Translations under genes and position numbers: made by a program | In this document: in pieces, positions 39,877 through 51,298 of the stretch | Position numbering within the stretch: position 1 is the first letter of the stretch | How the letters are laid out: every line of letters starts with the position of its first letter | Assembly (NCBI GenBank): GCA_002709955.1 | Contig: PAQY01000018.1 | Coordinates: forward strand, 13,508 to 77,507 | Length of the DNA stretch: 64,000 bases | Direction of reading: 5' to 3' | DNA from: Rhodospirillaceae bacterium | GTDB lineage: Bacteria > Pseudomonadota > Alphaproteobacteria > UBA8366 > Aestuariispiraceae | Notes under the pieces: model-generated | What the model was told of the DNA's origin: nothing | Database searches by the model: none | What the model saw: the letters and a program-made list of their open reading frames with translations, nothing else

Positions 39877-40722
39877 TTAGACTTTTGCGTCGTCTTCTGC
39901 TGCGGCTTCTTCAGCAGCAACAGGGGCTGCCGCTTCTTCAGCAACAGGAGCCTCAGCCGCTTCTGCTTCCAGGACAGGCTCGACAGCAGGCTCTGCAACC
40001 GCACCCAGATCAACACCAGACGCAACCATCGACTGCTGCAATCCACCCAGAACAGCACCAGCAACCAGATCACAATACAGGTTGATGGCGCGCATGGCGT
40101 CATCATTGCCAGGAACTGGGAAGGTCACGCCATCTGGATCAGAATTGGAGTCCAGGATCGCGATAACCGGGATGTTCAGGTTGTTGGCTTCCTTGATCGC
40201 AATCGATTCCTTGTTGGTATCGACGATGAAAATCACGTCTGGGACATTGCTCATGTCCTTGATACCGCCCAGGGCGCGATCCAGCTTTTCCTTTTCGCGT
40301 TCCAGACCCAGGCGCTCGCGCTTGGTCAGGCCTTGCAGGTTTGCTTCGTCTTCGAACTGGGATTCCAGGGTCTTCAGACGCTTGATCGAATTTGCGATTG
40401 TCTTCCAGTTGGTCAGCATGCCGCCCAACCAACGGTGATTGACATAATACTGACCGCATTTCAGGGCGTTTTCAGCGACAATCGACTGTGCCTGACGCTT
40501 GGTGCCGACGAACAGCACACGACCGCCAGCAGCGGCGACACGGCCGACTTCTTCCAGCGCGCGGGTCAACATTGGAACGGACTGTTCCAGGTCAATGATA
40601 TGAATGCCATTGCGTTCACCAAAGATGAAGGGCTTCATCTTTGGGTTCCAGCGACGGGTTGTGTGTCCGAAATGGACGCCAGCTTCAAGCAACTGACGCA
40701 TGGTAAAAGTTGGCACGGCCAT
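39877..40722 (-). CDS. rpsB: 30S ribosomal protein S2
   Basis: [15 protein letters not shown] and PGNDDA motifs; Ala/Glu-rich tail. Confidence 0.98.
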   Translation of the reverse strand: MAVPTFTMRQLLEAGVHFGHTTRRWNPKMKPFIFGERNGIHIIDLEQSVPMLTRALEEVGRVAAAGGRVLFVGTKRQAQSIVAENALKCGQYYVNHRWLGGMLTNWKTIANSIKRLKTLESQFEDEANLQGLTKRERLGLEREKEKLDRALGGIKDMSNVPDVIFIVDTNKESIAIKEANNLNIPVIAILDSNSDPDGVTFPVPGNDDAMRAINLYCDLVAGAVLGGLQQSMVASGVDLGAVAEPAVEPVLEAEAAEAPVAEEAAAPVAAEEAAAEDDAKV

Positions 40723-40883
40723 AAAATGGCTCCTTTGCTTCTCCGGTTGATCCTCCACGAAGCCTTGGTTAGCCAGGATTTTATCCCCTGGCACCGGACG
40801 GAACGGACCCTATGACGGCCACATCCCGGAAGCTCCGTGTGTGTGTTGTGCGCGGCTATAAACCGCCACCCCTTAGAATGCAA
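40723..40883 (-). promoter_or_regulatory. rpsB promoter and structured 5' leader
   Basis: TTGCAT-N17-TATAGC (40883-40855) followed by a ~125-nt leader; rpsB leaders are known S2 autoregulation sites. Confidence 0.6.
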
Positions 40884-40898
40884 GCATCCTTGTGACGA

Positions 40899-42752
40899 TT
40901 ATGCGTCGTCTGTGCTTTCCTGTTGGCGTCGCCACATGGCCGCGTAAATCCCGTCCGACGTCAAAAGATTTGCGTGGGTGCCTCGCTCCACCACCCTGCC
41001 CGCGTCCAGGACCAGAATTTCATCTGCATCCACCACGGTCGACAGGCGGTGCGCGATCACCAGGGTCGTGCGGCCCTGGCTGACTTCGCGCAGGGATTTC
41101 TGAATCTCCCGTTCGGTCGCGGTGTCCAGGGCGGATGTCGCCTCATCAAACAACAGGATGCGCGGTGCCTTCAGGATCGCCCGCGCGATTGCGACACGTT
41201 GTTTCTCGCCACCGGATAATTTCAGGCCACGTTCCCCCACCATACTGTGATAGCCATCCGGCAGGCTTTCAATGAATTCATCAATGCGGGCCAACTTCGC
41301 CGCCGCCCGAACCTCTTCGCGGCTGGCGCTTGGGCGACCATAGGCGATGTTGTATTCAATGGTATCGTTAAACAGAACCGTATCTTGCGGCACGATCCCG
41401 ATGGCGGCGCGCACGCTGTGCTGGGTCGCGTCGCGCACATCAACACCATCCAGTGTGACGGATCCGGCGCTGGGGTCATAGAACCGGAACAGCAATCGGC
41501 TGATTGTTGATTTCCCCGCCCCGGACGGCCCGACAATCGCCAGGGTCTTGCCGGGTGTAACAGTAAAATCGACCCCTTTCAGGATCGGGCGGCGCGGATC
41601 ATAGCCGAAATCCACAGATTGAAACCGTAACACACCCTCTGGTGTTTTAAGCGCAACCGCATCTGGCCTGTCCACGACTTCGAATGGGACTCCCATCAAT
41701 TGGAACATATCTTCCATATCCGTCAGGCTTTGCCGGATCTGGCGATACACAAAGCCCAGGAAGTTCAGGGGCAGATACAGCTGAATCAGATAGGTGTTCA
41801 CCAGAACGAAGTCACCCAGGGTCAACTCCCCCGCTGCAACCCCGTTGGCGGCCATCAACATCAGGGCAACCAGCCCTACGGCAATGATGGCCCCCTGCCC
41901 GACATTCACCACGGCCAGACTGGTAATCGACCGCACAGCGGCATTTTCATAGCGCTGCAAGGCATGATCATAGCGACTGGCCTCATGCCCTTCATTGCCA
42001 AAATATTTGACGGTTTCATAATTCAGCAGGCTATCGATGGCCTTGGTATTGGCGACGGTATCGCTTTCATTCATCTGGCGGCGATACTTCAAGCGCCATT
42101 CCGTCACCAACAGCGTGTAGGCGATATAGCCGACAATTGTCACAAAGGTGACAAGCGCATAGCTGAAATCAAACAGTCCCCAAAGAATGCCACAGACCAT
42201 GCCGATTTCCAGCAGCGTCGGAATGATGTTGAACAACATGAACGACAGAACGAATTCGATGCCCTTGGTCCCTCGTTCTATCACCCGCGACAGCCCGCCG
42301 GTCTGACGTTCCAGATGAAAACGCAGGCTCAAGCCATGCAGATGTTCAAATGTCTTCAGCGCGACTGTGCGAATGGCATTCTGCGCGACACGGGAAAACA
42401 AGGCTTCCCGTAATTCCTGGAACAGAACCGCCATCAGGCGCATCAATCCATAGCCCAGCAGCAAGGCAACGGGAATGGCGGCAATGCCAGCCCCCGTTGC
42501 AACCGCCGCTGTCGTGGATGTGCTGGTATCCAATGTCTTGGAGAGCCGATCCAGCGCATCCACCGCATCGCGGTAAAACAGGGGCACCCAGACATTGGCG
42601 ACTTTTGCCAAAGCCAGGGCGACCATGGCTGCAATAACGCGCAGTTTGATTCCAGTGCGATCCTTCGGCCACAAATACGGGACAACCGTCAGCAGAGTCT
42701 TGAAATGAACACTGCGTTTCGCATTCTTGGGCTTGCTGTCGGATTGCATCAT
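40899..42752 (-). CDS. Atm1/HMT1-like ABC transporter (TMD-NBD fusion)
   Basis: GPSGAGKST, LSGGEKQR and DEATSALD motifs; RQTGGLSRVIERG. Confidence 0.92.
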   Translation of the reverse strand: MMQSDSKPKNAKRSVHFKTLLTVVPYLWPKDRTGIKLRVIAAMVALALAKVANVWVPLFYRDAVDALDRLSKTLDTSTSTTAAVATGAGIAAIPVALLLGYGLMRLMAVLFQELREALFSRVAQNAIRTVALKTFEHLHGLSLRFHLERQTGGLSRVIERGTKGIEFVLSFMLFNIIPTLLEIGMVCGILWGLFDFSYALVTFVTIVGYIAYTLLVTEWRLKYRRQMNESDTVANTKAIDSLLNYETVKYFGNEGHEASRYDHALQRYENAAVRSITSLAVVNVGQGAIIAVGLVALMLMAANGVAAGELTLGDFVLVNTYLIQLYLPLNFLGFVYRQIRQSLTDMEDMFQLMGVPFEVVDRPDAVALKTPEGVLRFQSVDFGYDPRRPILKGVDFTVTPGKTLAIVGPSGAGKSTISRLLFRFYDPSAGSVTLDGVDVRDATQHSVRAAIGIVPQDTVLFNDTIEYNIAYGRPSASREEVRAAAKLARIDEFIESLPDGYHSMVGERGLKLSGGEKQRVAIARAILKAPRILLFDEATSALDTATEREIQKSLREVSQGRTTLVIAHRLSTVVDADEILVLDAGRVVERGTHANLLTSDGIYAAMWRRQQESTDDA

Positions 42753-42890
42753 GTTCTTTCGATAAGGCGGCGTGGACAGTATAGCAAGTGGCATCGACAG
42801 GTTCGAAAGGCAATTGCCCGCATTGCAATGATACAGGCAGGGCAGTAGTTTTACGTCAGAAAACGCACAAGCCGCAAAGGGATGTTATTT

Positions 42891-43724
42891 ATGTCGATCA
42901 AGACACTGCTGGTTCACCTTGCACCCGACCCTGATCGCGAAACACGATTAAAGGCAGCGGTTGGAATCGCCAAGCAACTGGATGCCCATTTAATCGCCCT
43001 TTATGTCGCTATGCCGGTCCATATGCCAGCAGGGGCCGAAGGACGGGGGGCTTCTTCCCTTTATCTGCATGAAGCGCGAACTGCGGCAAAGGAAAAGGCT
43101 GGTGCGGTTGAAGCGCATGTCCGGGACGTCTGCGACGCCGCAGGGATATCCTGGGAATGGGTGTATGGAGAGGAAGATCATTTAGAACACTTGCTGGAAG
43201 AAGTGTATCACGCTGATCTGACGGTCCTGAATCAGGTCAGCTTTGATAATTTTGAGGATCGTCTGATTTATCAGTTACCGGAAAAGCTGGTGATGGGGGC
43301 CGGTGGTCCGGTACTGGTCCTGCCAAAGGGCATGGATCAGGTTGACCTGAAATCCTTCGATACTGTCCTGATCGCCTGGACTTACACAAAAGAGGCCATT
43401 CGGGCGCTGCGCGATTCCTTGCCGATGATCGAAAATGCCAAATCGGTGAAACTGTTCACCTGCGGCAAGGCCCCGAAAGTTGGCGAAGACCTGGCAAAGC
43501 CCGTTCTGGAATATCTGGCCCGCCGGGGAATAAAGGCAGACCATATCAACCATTCCAAATCAGGCCATGCCGGTGAGGAGATATTGGACCTGGCCGAAGA
43601 GGTGAAGGCCGACATGATCGTCATGGGGGCCTATGGTCACAGTTCTATGCTGGACAGGCTGTTTGGCTCTGCCAGTCGCTATGTCATCGGCCACGCAAAT
43701 GTTCCGTTACTGATGTCGCACTGA
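42891..43724 (+). CDS. Universal stress protein (tandem USP)
   Basis: IKTLLVHL start and MIVMGAYGHS motif. Confidence 0.9.
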   Translation: MSIKTLLVHLAPDPDRETRLKAAVGIAKQLDAHLIALYVAMPVHMPAGAEGRGASSLYLHEARTAAKEKAGAVEAHVRDVCDAAGISWEWVYGEEDHLEHLLEEVYHADLTVLNQVSFDNFEDRLIYQLPEKLVMGAGGPVLVLPKGMDQVDLKSFDTVLIAWTYTKEAIRALRDSLPMIENAKSVKLFTCGKAPKVGEDLAKPVLEYLARRGIKADHINHSKSGHAGEEILDLAEEVKADMIVMGAYGHSSMLDRLFGSASRYVIGHANVPLLMSH

Positions 43725-43747
43725 CAGTGAAACCATTCTGATCTTTT

Positions 43748-45211
43748 TTACGCAAAGAACAGAATGGTTATCAGCCCGAATATCGGCAGCAGGATCAGGC
43801 CGGACCACAGCATATATCCAAAGAAGCTGGGCATCGGGATGCCGCGCTCTTCCGCAATGGATCGGACCATGAAGTTCGGGGCATTCCCGATATAGGTATT
43901 GGCCCCCATGAACACAGCCCCGGCAGAAATCGCCAACAGAGTATTGGCCATCGGCCCCATCAAGGCCTGGGGGTCGCCGCCTGCCGTATTGAAGAACACA
44001 AGATAGGTCGGCGCATTATCCAGGAAGCTGGACAGAATGCCCGTGGCCCAGAAATACATCGTATTCACAGGTTCCCCGTTGTGGGAGACCAGCGACACGA
44101 CCGGTTCCAATGCGCCCGCCGTTCCGGCTTTCAAGATCGCAATTGCGGGAATGATTGTGATGAATATACCGGCAAACAGCTTTGCGACCTCCAGGATCGG
44201 GAACCAGCTGAATCCATTGGCTTCGCGGCTTTTTCTGGATGTCAGTATCCAGGATAATACAGCCAGGCCCAGCAAGGCGACGTCCCGCACAAGGCTCTGC
44301 AAATCAATGGTCACATGGTAGATTTCAAAACTGATGCCCGGCTTCCAAATTCCGGAAATCAGGACAGAGGCGACGACACCAGCCAATAGCAGTATGTTGA
44401 TCCCCCCTTCCAACCGGATCGGGTGGCGGTCTTCCTCCGCCGGGGTTTCCACATGCAGGCCTTCCTGCTGTTCCTTCCGGTACAGGAAACTATCAACAAT
44501 GAAATAGCCGACCAACAGAATGCTGGCCGCCACCACCATGGGCAGGAACATATGCACCGTCGGCCAGAAGAAGGAGACCCCTTTCAGGAAACCCAGAAAC
44601 AAAGGCGGGTCCCCCAAGGGCGTCAACGATCCACCGATATTGGCAACCAGAAAGATAAAGAAAACAATAGTATGGACCTGGTATTTGCGGTCTTCATTTG
44701 CCCGGATCAGCGGGCGGATCAACAGCATCGCCGCCCCGGTTGTCCCCATGATGCTGGCGATGAATGTGCCAATCAACAAGATCCCCACATTCACAATCGG
44801 GGCCCCTTGCAGGTACCCTTTTACCCGAACGCCACCCGCAACGGTAAACAGGGATAGCAGCAGTATAATGAAGGGGATGTATTCCAGGGACATGACATGT
44901 ACCAGTTCGAACAATGCCAGTTCATAGCCATAGAAAATTGTAAACGGCACCAGGAACAACAGTGCCCAAAAGGCGGAAATCTTGCCAAAATTATGATGCC
45001 AGATATTGGGTGCAACCAAGGGGAACAGAGCGATTGACAACAGAATCCCAACAAAGGGTACGATCCAGAGCAGTTGCAAATCCGCACCGTTTAAATGCGG
45101 TGCGCCCTCACCGGCTGCAAAGGCCGTACTGATACACGCTGTCAGAAGATAGAAGGCAGCGCCGCCAATCGTTGAAAGACCAATCCTGTTTGAAATCATC
45201 ACCGCGTTCAT
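43748..45211 (-). CDS. Putative sodium:proton antiporter (ion transporter superfamily)
   Basis: NIGGSLTPLGDPPLFLG and TYIGNAPNFMV motifs; multi-TM. Confidence 0.85.
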   Translation of the reverse strand: MNAVMISNRIGLSTIGGAAFYLLTACISTAFAAGEGAPHLNGADLQLLWIVPFVGILLSIALFPLVAPNIWHHNFGKISAFWALLFLVPFTIFYGYELALFELVHVMSLEYIPFIILLLSLFTVAGGVRVKGYLQGAPIVNVGILLIGTFIASIMGTTGAAMLLIRPLIRANEDRKYQVHTIVFFIFLVANIGGSLTPLGDPPLFLGFLKGVSFFWPTVHMFLPMVVAASILLVGYFIVDSFLYRKEQQEGLHVETPAEEDRHPIRLEGGINILLLAGVVASVLISGIWKPGISFEIYHVTIDLQSLVRDVALLGLAVLSWILTSRKSREANGFSWFPILEVAKLFAGIFITIIPAIAILKAGTAGALEPVVSLVSHNGEPVNTMYFWATGILSSFLDNAPTYLVFFNTAGGDPQALMGPMANTLLAISAGAVFMGANTYIGNAPNFMVRSIAEERGIPMPSFFGYMLWSGLILLPIFGLITILFFA

Positions 45212-45297
45212 ACCCTCTGGACCGTTGTTTGTGGTCACGCCCCCCTGTCAGGCGCTTTTGTGATGGGATTTGTGTCTAATACCCTTGTTGCAATAGA

Positions 45298-46572
45298 TCA
45301 AGATGGCCTGGATGCCGCTTCCCGCTCTGCATCTTCTTCTTCAAGACTGGGGGAGGAATCCGCGCGGGGATCCAGTTCAACGGCCGCAGGGGTTGATTTC
45401 GGCACCGGTTGAAAACCTTCGCCGGATGGTTTGATCCGCCCCGGACGCTGACGCATCCGAAACAGAATGTAAAAGCCCATTCCGCCATGCACCGCTGCCG
45501 TCCACCAGAACAGGGAATGATAGTCAAACATATCCATCAGGGTTGCCGCTGGCAGGGCCCCGATCAAGGCCCCAATCCCATACAGCAACAGCAAGCCGCC
45601 GCTGGTGGATACGAAATCTTCTGGTTCAGCCCGATCCCCGGCATGGGCGACCAGAATCGCATAAATCGATTGTGCGAAGGCACCATAAATAGCTGCGACC
45701 GCCAGGGTCAGAATGACGCCATTAATAAAGGACAGCGCAATTCCCAGTGCCGCCGCACCAAAAAAACAGATCAGGACGGGTATGCGTCGATCCAGCTTGT
45801 CCGACAGCCAGCCAATCGGCCATTGCAGGACCGCATTGCCAAGGATAACAGCGGTGATGAACATCCCCACGGTTTGGGTGGACAGACCGATTCCCTGGGC
45901 ATACAGCGGTGACAGGCTCCAGAAAGCACCATTGGCAAGCCCGACCCCCAAACACCCCAAAGTCGCAACCGGGGACGTTCGATACAGGGGAGCCAGTTTC
46001 AGCTTCGCAGTGCGCAAAGGGGCTGGCGTTTGTGATGTGGTCAGCGCGATGGGCACCAGCGACAGGCAGACCACAATCGATGCGACCATAAACAGCGTGG
46101 CCTCTTTCGCCGGGATAAACAGGAAGAGCTGCTGACTGGCAAGCTGTGCGCCGATATAGCACAGGGTATACATCGCCAGCACCCGACCGCGATTATTGGC
46201 CCCTGCCCGTTCGTTCAGCCAGCTTTCCACCACCATGATCAGACCGGCACCCACAACACCATATATGAATCGAAAACCGATCCAGGCGATGGGATCCAGG
46301 AACAATATGAAACAAAGAGTGCTGCTGGCAGCGATGGCGGCCATCGCCCCAAAGGCCCGGATATGCCCGACCCTGCGCACCAGCCAGGGCGTCAACTGAC
46401 ACCCCAGAATAAAGCCGACAAAATAGCCAGTCCCCATGCCACCGACAAAAATGGCGCTGAAGCCTTCCTGCCCTGCGCGCACTGGCAGCAATGTCCCCAT
46501 CAGGGTGTTGCCGCCATATAGAAGCGCTATGCTGGCCAAAAGCGCAAAGAAAGACCCGAAGACACCGGGCAT
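45298..46572 (-). CDS. MFS transporter (YcaD-like)
   Basis: RRVGHIRAF, ESWLNE and GWLSDKLDRR motifs. Confidence 0.9.
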   Translation of the reverse strand: MPGVFGSFFALLASIALLYGGNTLMGTLLPVRAGQEGFSAIFVGGMGTGYFVGFILGCQLTPWLVRRVGHIRAFGAMAAIAASSTLCFILFLDPIAWIGFRFIYGVVGAGLIMVVESWLNERAGANNRGRVLAMYTLCYIGAQLASQQLFLFIPAKEATLFMVASIVVCLSLVPIALTTSQTPAPLRTAKLKLAPLYRTSPVATLGCLGVGLANGAFWSLSPLYAQGIGLSTQTVGMFITAVILGNAVLQWPIGWLSDKLDRRIPVLICFFGAAALGIALSFINGVILTLAVAAIYGAFAQSIYAILVAHAGDRAEPEDFVSTSGGLLLLYGIGALIGALPAATLMDMFDYHSLFWWTAAVHGGMGFYILFRMRQRPGRIKPSGEGFQPVPKSTPAAVELDPRADSSPSLEEEDAEREAASRPS

Positions 46573-46674
46573 ACCAAACTCCTCAATGACAGGGCACACT
46601 CCAGAATGGATACCCGCGCGCACTGTAAACAATCAAATCGGGTCTGGGAAAGTCTTAGCTGATCGCCTGCGACA

Positions 46675-47190
46675 TTATCCCTGTCGCAGGGCCGGTTTTG
46701 CAGAGGGCATCCATTTCCGCAATATCCGACCGTCAGAGGTTTTAACCTGGGATTTAGGTTCCGGCTTCTGTGTAAAATGCTGTGCGATCCGCTCAAAGGG
46801 TATAACGGTCCCCGCTTCCTTGCGATAGGCACGGCGATAAACTTCGTTATGGGTCATCATGCGATTCAGATAATCGGCAGAATGATGACCATATTTCCGC
46901 CAGATGCGATTTAGAAAATTATCGGCAACCGGCACCAGCTTGCGCATCATGATGGGGGGGCGGCTGTCTTCAAAGGCATGAAAGACGGTAGGCTCTGTCG
47001 GGCCGGTTTCTTCCGCGACAAAGGTAGCGGGCATGAACATCCGCCCATGGTTTTCCGCCGCATAAAGGGCTTGGGTAATCCACAACAGACGCTGTAGCTT
47101 TTGCGCTGGCAAATGCAGATCATCGCGGCGCGATTGGTCAAAAAACCATAACGCCACGTCCAGCGCGGAAGAAACAATCGGTACTGTCAT
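46675..47190 (-). CDS. Panacea/SocA-like (DUF4065) protein with no adjacent toxin
   Basis: ALDVALWF, QKLQRLLW and GPTEPTVF resemble the DUF4065 pattern. Confidence 0.75.
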   Translation of the reverse strand: MTVPIVSSALDVALWFFDQSRRDDLHLPAQKLQRLLWITQALYAAENHGRMFMPATFVAEETGPTEPTVFHAFEDSRPPIMMRKLVPVADNFLNRIWRKYGHHSADYLNRMMTHNEVYRRAYRKEAGTVIPFERIAQHFTQKPEPKSQVKTSDGRILRKWMPSAKPALRQG

Positions 47191-47307
47191 GCCTTATTCG
47201 TCCCCTGATTTTCAAATCTGTTCTGAATTGGTATAGCAAATGGAGTGCCAAGTGGCGATATTGATCGCTGAAACGACTGAACGCGACGAAATGAAAGGGA
47301 TTATCTA

Positions 47308-48099
47308 ATGGAAATGACTGGCGAGTATCGCATTCCTGCGGCGCGTGAGACCGTTTGGGAAGCGCTGAACGATCCGGAAGTCCTGAAAGCCTGTATCGCG
47401 GGCTGCCAATCCCTGGACCGCACCGAAGATGGCGGCTTTGAAGCCACCGTCAAAGCAAAGGTTGGCCCGGTCAGCGCCACATTCAAAGGGGCGGTTCGCC
47501 TGGAGAATGTCAATGCCCCGGAAAGCTATACCATCGTTGGGGAAGGCAAAGGCGGCGCAGCCGGTTTCGCCAAGGGCGGCGCGGATGTCAATCTGGTCGA
47601 AGACGGCGCAGAGACGATTCTGACCTACAAGGTTAATGCTCAGGTTGGCGGAAAGCTGGCCCAGATCGGGGCGCGTCTGGTTGATTCAACGGCCAAGAAA
47701 TATGCGACCGATTTTTTTGACAAGTTCGTCGTCATTGCCCAGGAACGGGATTCTGGAACCGTGAATGCGGAACCAGCAGCCCCTGGCGCATCCGAAGAAA
47801 CTGCGGCAACCGCGCCGGAGGCCACAGCAGAACCGGCACAAACTGCCCCAGCACCGGAACCCGAAAAGCATCAACCAGAGGCCGAACAGCCCCCCCGCCC
47901 CGCGCAACCGGAAACGCCCGCAGATCGCGACGCGATCAAGGCACAGGCGAAACGCGCTGCCGTCGACGCGGTGCATAAACAAACCGCCAAACGCTGGGGC
48001 CTGACGCCGATGCAATGGATCATGATCCTGGTTCTGATTATGTTAGGCCTGTCCCTGGTTTTTGGTGGGGATGCCCCTATGCCGGGTACGGGGAATTGA
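47308..48099 (+). CDS. coxG: CoxG (SRPBCC) with Pro/Ala linker and C-terminal membrane anchor
   Basis: VWEALNDPEVL and VGGKLAQIGARL motifs. Confidence 0.9.
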   Translation: MEMTGEYRIPAARETVWEALNDPEVLKACIAGCQSLDRTEDGGFEATVKAKVGPVSATFKGAVRLENVNAPESYTIVGEGKGGAAGFAKGGADVNLVEDGAETILTYKVNAQVGGKLAQIGARLVDSTAKKYATDFFDKFVVIAQERDSGTVNAEPAAPGASEETAATAPEATAEPAQTAPAPEPEKHQPEAEQPPRPAQPETPADRDAIKAQAKRAAVDAVHKQTAKRWGLTPMQWIMILVLIMLGLSLVFGGDAPMPGTGN

Positions 48100-48289
48100 C
48101 ACTTCGGTGACGCCTTGTCTCACAGAAACGGCCTGTCATCATCAATTCACGGGATTGTGGGTGCGACCGGACTTGACCGCGCGCGCTGTCAGTTCCACAC
48201 TCAATGGTAAGACTATGGCGGTAAGAAGAAGCGGTAAGACCATGACCTATTATCGTCATGTATATCACGTCATAAGGGAGGAGTAATTT

Positions 48290-48778
48290 ATGCCATCCGT
48301 TTCAATGACGGTGAACGGAAAGCAGGTTTCTGGCACTGTTGAGCCCAGGACACTGCTTGTCCAATTCATCCGTGAAAATCTTCATCTGACCGGTACGCAT
48401 GTCGGTTGTGACACCAGCCAATGCGGTGCCTGTGTGGTTCATGTCGATGGGGCGTCGGTTAAGTCTTGCGCCATGTTGGCCGTGGAAGCCGATGGATCAA
48501 CCGTAACCACCATCGAAGGCCTGGCTGGAAATGCGGACGTTCTGCACCCGATGCAGGAAGCCTTCCGGGATAATCATGGCCTGCAATGCGGTTTCTGTAC
48601 CCCAGGCATGGTGATGAGCGCGATCGACCTTGTGAACAACAACCCGACCCCGACCGACCATGAAATCCGTGACTGGCTGGAAGGCAATATCTGTCGCTGT
48701 ACCGGCTATCATAACATCGTCAAATCCATCGCTGCCGGTGCGGCCGCGATGAAAGGTCAAAAGGCTGCCGCAGAGTAG
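48290..48778 (+). CDS. coxS: 2Fe-2S small subunit
   Basis: [18 protein letters not shown] and CRCTGY motifs. Confidence 0.95.
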   Translation: MPSVSMTVNGKQVSGTVEPRTLLVQFIRENLHLTGTHVGCDTSQCGACVVHVDGASVKSCAMLAVEADGSTVTTIEGLAGNADVLHPMQEAFRDNHGLQCGFCTPGMVMSAIDLVNNNPTPTDHEIRDWLEGNICRCTGYHNIVKSIAAGAAAMKGQKAAAE

Positions 48779-48892
48779 CCGCAGAAGAAGGAGTGTCAGG
48801 ACTATACGCGCGCCAAAATAGAACCCCATAAGAGTTCCGGCGCAGCAAACAGGCAGTCCCGTATTGTCGGGATCACCCAAGGGAGAAACGTC

Positions 48893-51268
48893 ATGAGTGC
48901 TACTGGGATCGGCGCCTCTGTGAAGCGCAAAGAAGATTTCCGCTTTTTAACCGGACGCGGCAATTATACAGACGATATCAACCAACCCAATCAGACCTAT
49001 GCCTATATCCTGCGCAGCCCGCATGCCCATGCCAAGATCAAGGGCATCGATACGACAGCGGCAAAATCTGCCCCGGGCGTCGTCGCAGTTTTTACCGGCG
49101 AAGATATGCAGGTTGGATCCATCCCCTGTGGCTGGGGCGTGAATAATAAAGACGGCAGCCCGATGAACGAACCGTTCCACCCTGCCCTGGCCCAGGGCAA
49201 GGTCCGTCATGTCGGCGATCAGGTCGCTGTTATTATTGCGGAAACCTATTCCCAGGCGAAAGATGCTGCAGAGCTGATCGAGGTCGATTACGAAGAACTG
49301 CCCGCCGTTACCAATTCTGAAAAGGCCATCGCGCCCGGTGCGCCGCTGGTCCATGATGACGCCGCCCCGAACAATATGTGTTACGACTGGGAACTGGGTG
49401 ACGAGGCTGAGGTAGACGCGGAATTTAAAAATGCCGCCCATGTCGTCTCCATCGATCTGACCAATAACCGCCTTGTTCCAAACGCGATGGAACCCCGCGC
49501 GGCAATTGGGGATTATAACACCGGAACCGGCGAATATACCCTGTACACGACCAGCCAGAACCCGCATGTGATCCGGCTTTTGATGGGGGCATTCGTGCTG
49601 CAACTGCCGGAACATAAGCTGCGCGTTGTCGCACCTGATGTCGGCGGCGGTTTCGGCTCTAAGATTTATCATTATGCCGAAGAAGCGATTGTCACCTGGG
49701 CGGCTGGAAAAGTCCGTCGCCCGATCAAATGGACGGCGGAGCGGTCTGAAAGCTTCCTGTCAGACGCCCATGGTCGCGATCATATCTCCCATGCCGACCT
49801 GGCGCTGGATGCGGACGGCAAATTCCTGGGGCTGAAAGTCTATACAAAGGCGAATATGGGGGCGTATCTGTCCACATTTTCCACCTGCGTGCCGACATAT
49901 CTGTATGCGACACTGTTGGCAGGCGTCTACACGACCCCAAAAATCTATGTGAATGTGAAGGCGATTTTCACCAATACCGTGCCGGTTGATGCCTATCGTG
50001 GCGCAGGCCGTCCGGAAGCCACCTATCTGCTGGAGCGATTGGTGACCAAGGCCGCCAAGCAATTGGGCATGGATCAGGTTGCGATTCGCCAGAAGAATTT
50101 CATCCCTGCCGATGCCTTCCCCTATCAGACGCCGGTTGCCCTGCAATATGACAGTGGCGATTATGAAGCGACCCTGAAAAAGGCGATGGAATTGTCAAAA
50201 TGGACTGAATTTCCTAAACGCAAGGCAGAAGCGGCCTCTCGCGGTAAATTGCGTGGCATCGGCATTTCCACCTATGTTGAGGCCTGCGGGATTGCACCCT
50301 CAGCCGTTGTCGGCTCGCTGGGTGCCCGCGCTGGCCTGTTTGAATCGGCCAATGTCCGGGTCCATCCGACAGGATCGGTTTCAATCTATACCGGCTCTCA
50401 CAGCCATGGTCAGGGGCACGAAACGACCTTTGCACAATTGGTTTCGGAAACACTGGGTATCCCCTTAGAAAACATCAATATTGAACATGGGGACACGAAC
50501 CGCATCGCATTCGGCATGGGGACTTATGGATCCCGCTCCCTGGCGGTTGGCGGGGAAGCCATCATGAAAGCGCTGGGCAAGGTTGTGGACAAGGCCAGCA
50601 AGATCGCTGCCCATCTGATGGAAGCCTCCCCCGAGGATGTTGAATTCAAGGATGGCAAATTCACTGTTGCGGGCACGGATAAGGAAGTTGATTTCGGCAC
50701 AGTGGCCCTGACCGCCTATGTGCCCCACAACTATCCCCATGAAACGCTGGAGCCCGGTCTGGAAGAAAACGCCTTCTATGATCCGATGAACTTCACCTAT
50801 CCAGGCGGATGCCATATTTGCGAGGTGGAAATCGATCCTGATACCGGCACCACACAGGTGGTTGGCATGACGGCAGTCGATGATGTCGGGCGCGTCATCA
50901 ATCCGATGATTGTGGAAGGTCAGATCCATGGCGGTCTGGCGCAAGGTATAGGTCAGGCCCTGTTGGAAGCGTGCGAGTATGATGATAATGGCCAGCTCAC
51001 CTCTGGCTCTTATATGGATTACTGCATGCCACGGGCTGATAACCTGCCAGACTTTAAGGCGGCTACGGAAACCACGCTGTGCGCCCATAATTCCCTGGGT
51101 GTCAAAGGATGCGGTGAAGTGGGCGCGATTGGGTCCCCGCCTGCGGTTATCAATGCCGTTCTGGATGCGCTGCATGATGTCGGTGTCCAGGATATTTCAA
51201 TGCCCGCAACACCACAAAAAATCTGGCAGGCAATTCAGGCCGCCGCTGTGCTCGCCGCGGCTGAATAA
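48893..51268 (+). CDS. coxL: Molybdenum hydroxylase large subunit, form II CoxL-like
   Basis: GGGFGSK; active-site loop AYRGAGR (form II, not form I AYxCSFR). Confidence 0.93.
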   Translation: MSATGIGASVKRKEDFRFLTGRGNYTDDINQPNQTYAYILRSPHAHAKIKGIDTTAAKSAPGVVAVFTGEDMQVGSIPCGWGVNNKDGSPMNEPFHPALAQGKVRHVGDQVAVIIAETYSQAKDAAELIEVDYEELPAVTNSEKAIAPGAPLVHDDAAPNNMCYDWELGDEAEVDAEFKNAAHVVSIDLTNNRLVPNAMEPRAAIGDYNTGTGEYTLYTTSQNPHVIRLLMGAFVLQLPEHKLRVVAPDVGGGFGSKIYHYAEEAIVTWAAGKVRRPIKWTAERSESFLSDAHGRDHISHADLALDADGKFLGLKVYTKANMGAYLSTFSTCVPTYLYATLLAGVYTTPKIYVNVKAIFTNTVPVDAYRGAGRPEATYLLERLVTKAAKQLGMDQVAIRQKNFIPADAFPYQTPVALQYDSGDYEATLKKAMELSKWTEFPKRKAEAASRGKLRGIGISTYVEACGIAPSAVVGSLGARAGLFESANVRVHPTGSVSIYTGSHSHGQGHETTFAQLVSETLGIPLENINIEHGDTNRIAFGMGTYGSRSLAVGGEAIMKALGKVVDKASKIAAHLMEASPEDVEFKDGKFTVAGTDKEVDFGTVALTAYVPHNYPHETLEPGLEENAFYDPMNFTYPGGCHICEVEIDPDTGTTQVVGMTAVDDVGRVINPMIVEGQIHGGLAQGIGQALLEACEYDDNGQLTSGSYMDYCMPRADNLPDFKAATETTLCAHNSLGVKGCGEVGAIGSPPAVINAVLDALHDVGVQDISMPATPQKIWQAIQAAAVLAAAE

Positions 51269-51298
51269 GCCAGGCTGGGACAAGAAAGGAAGACTATC

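Noticed and set aside
25736-40722. Anomaly search in the rpsB-to-lpxB cluster
   Set aside because: Canonical conserved order and intact motifs; nothing unusual seen
48893-51268. Bona fide aerobic CO dehydrogenase (form I)
   Set aside because: Active-site loop is AYRGAGR and gene order is S-L-M, both form II traits
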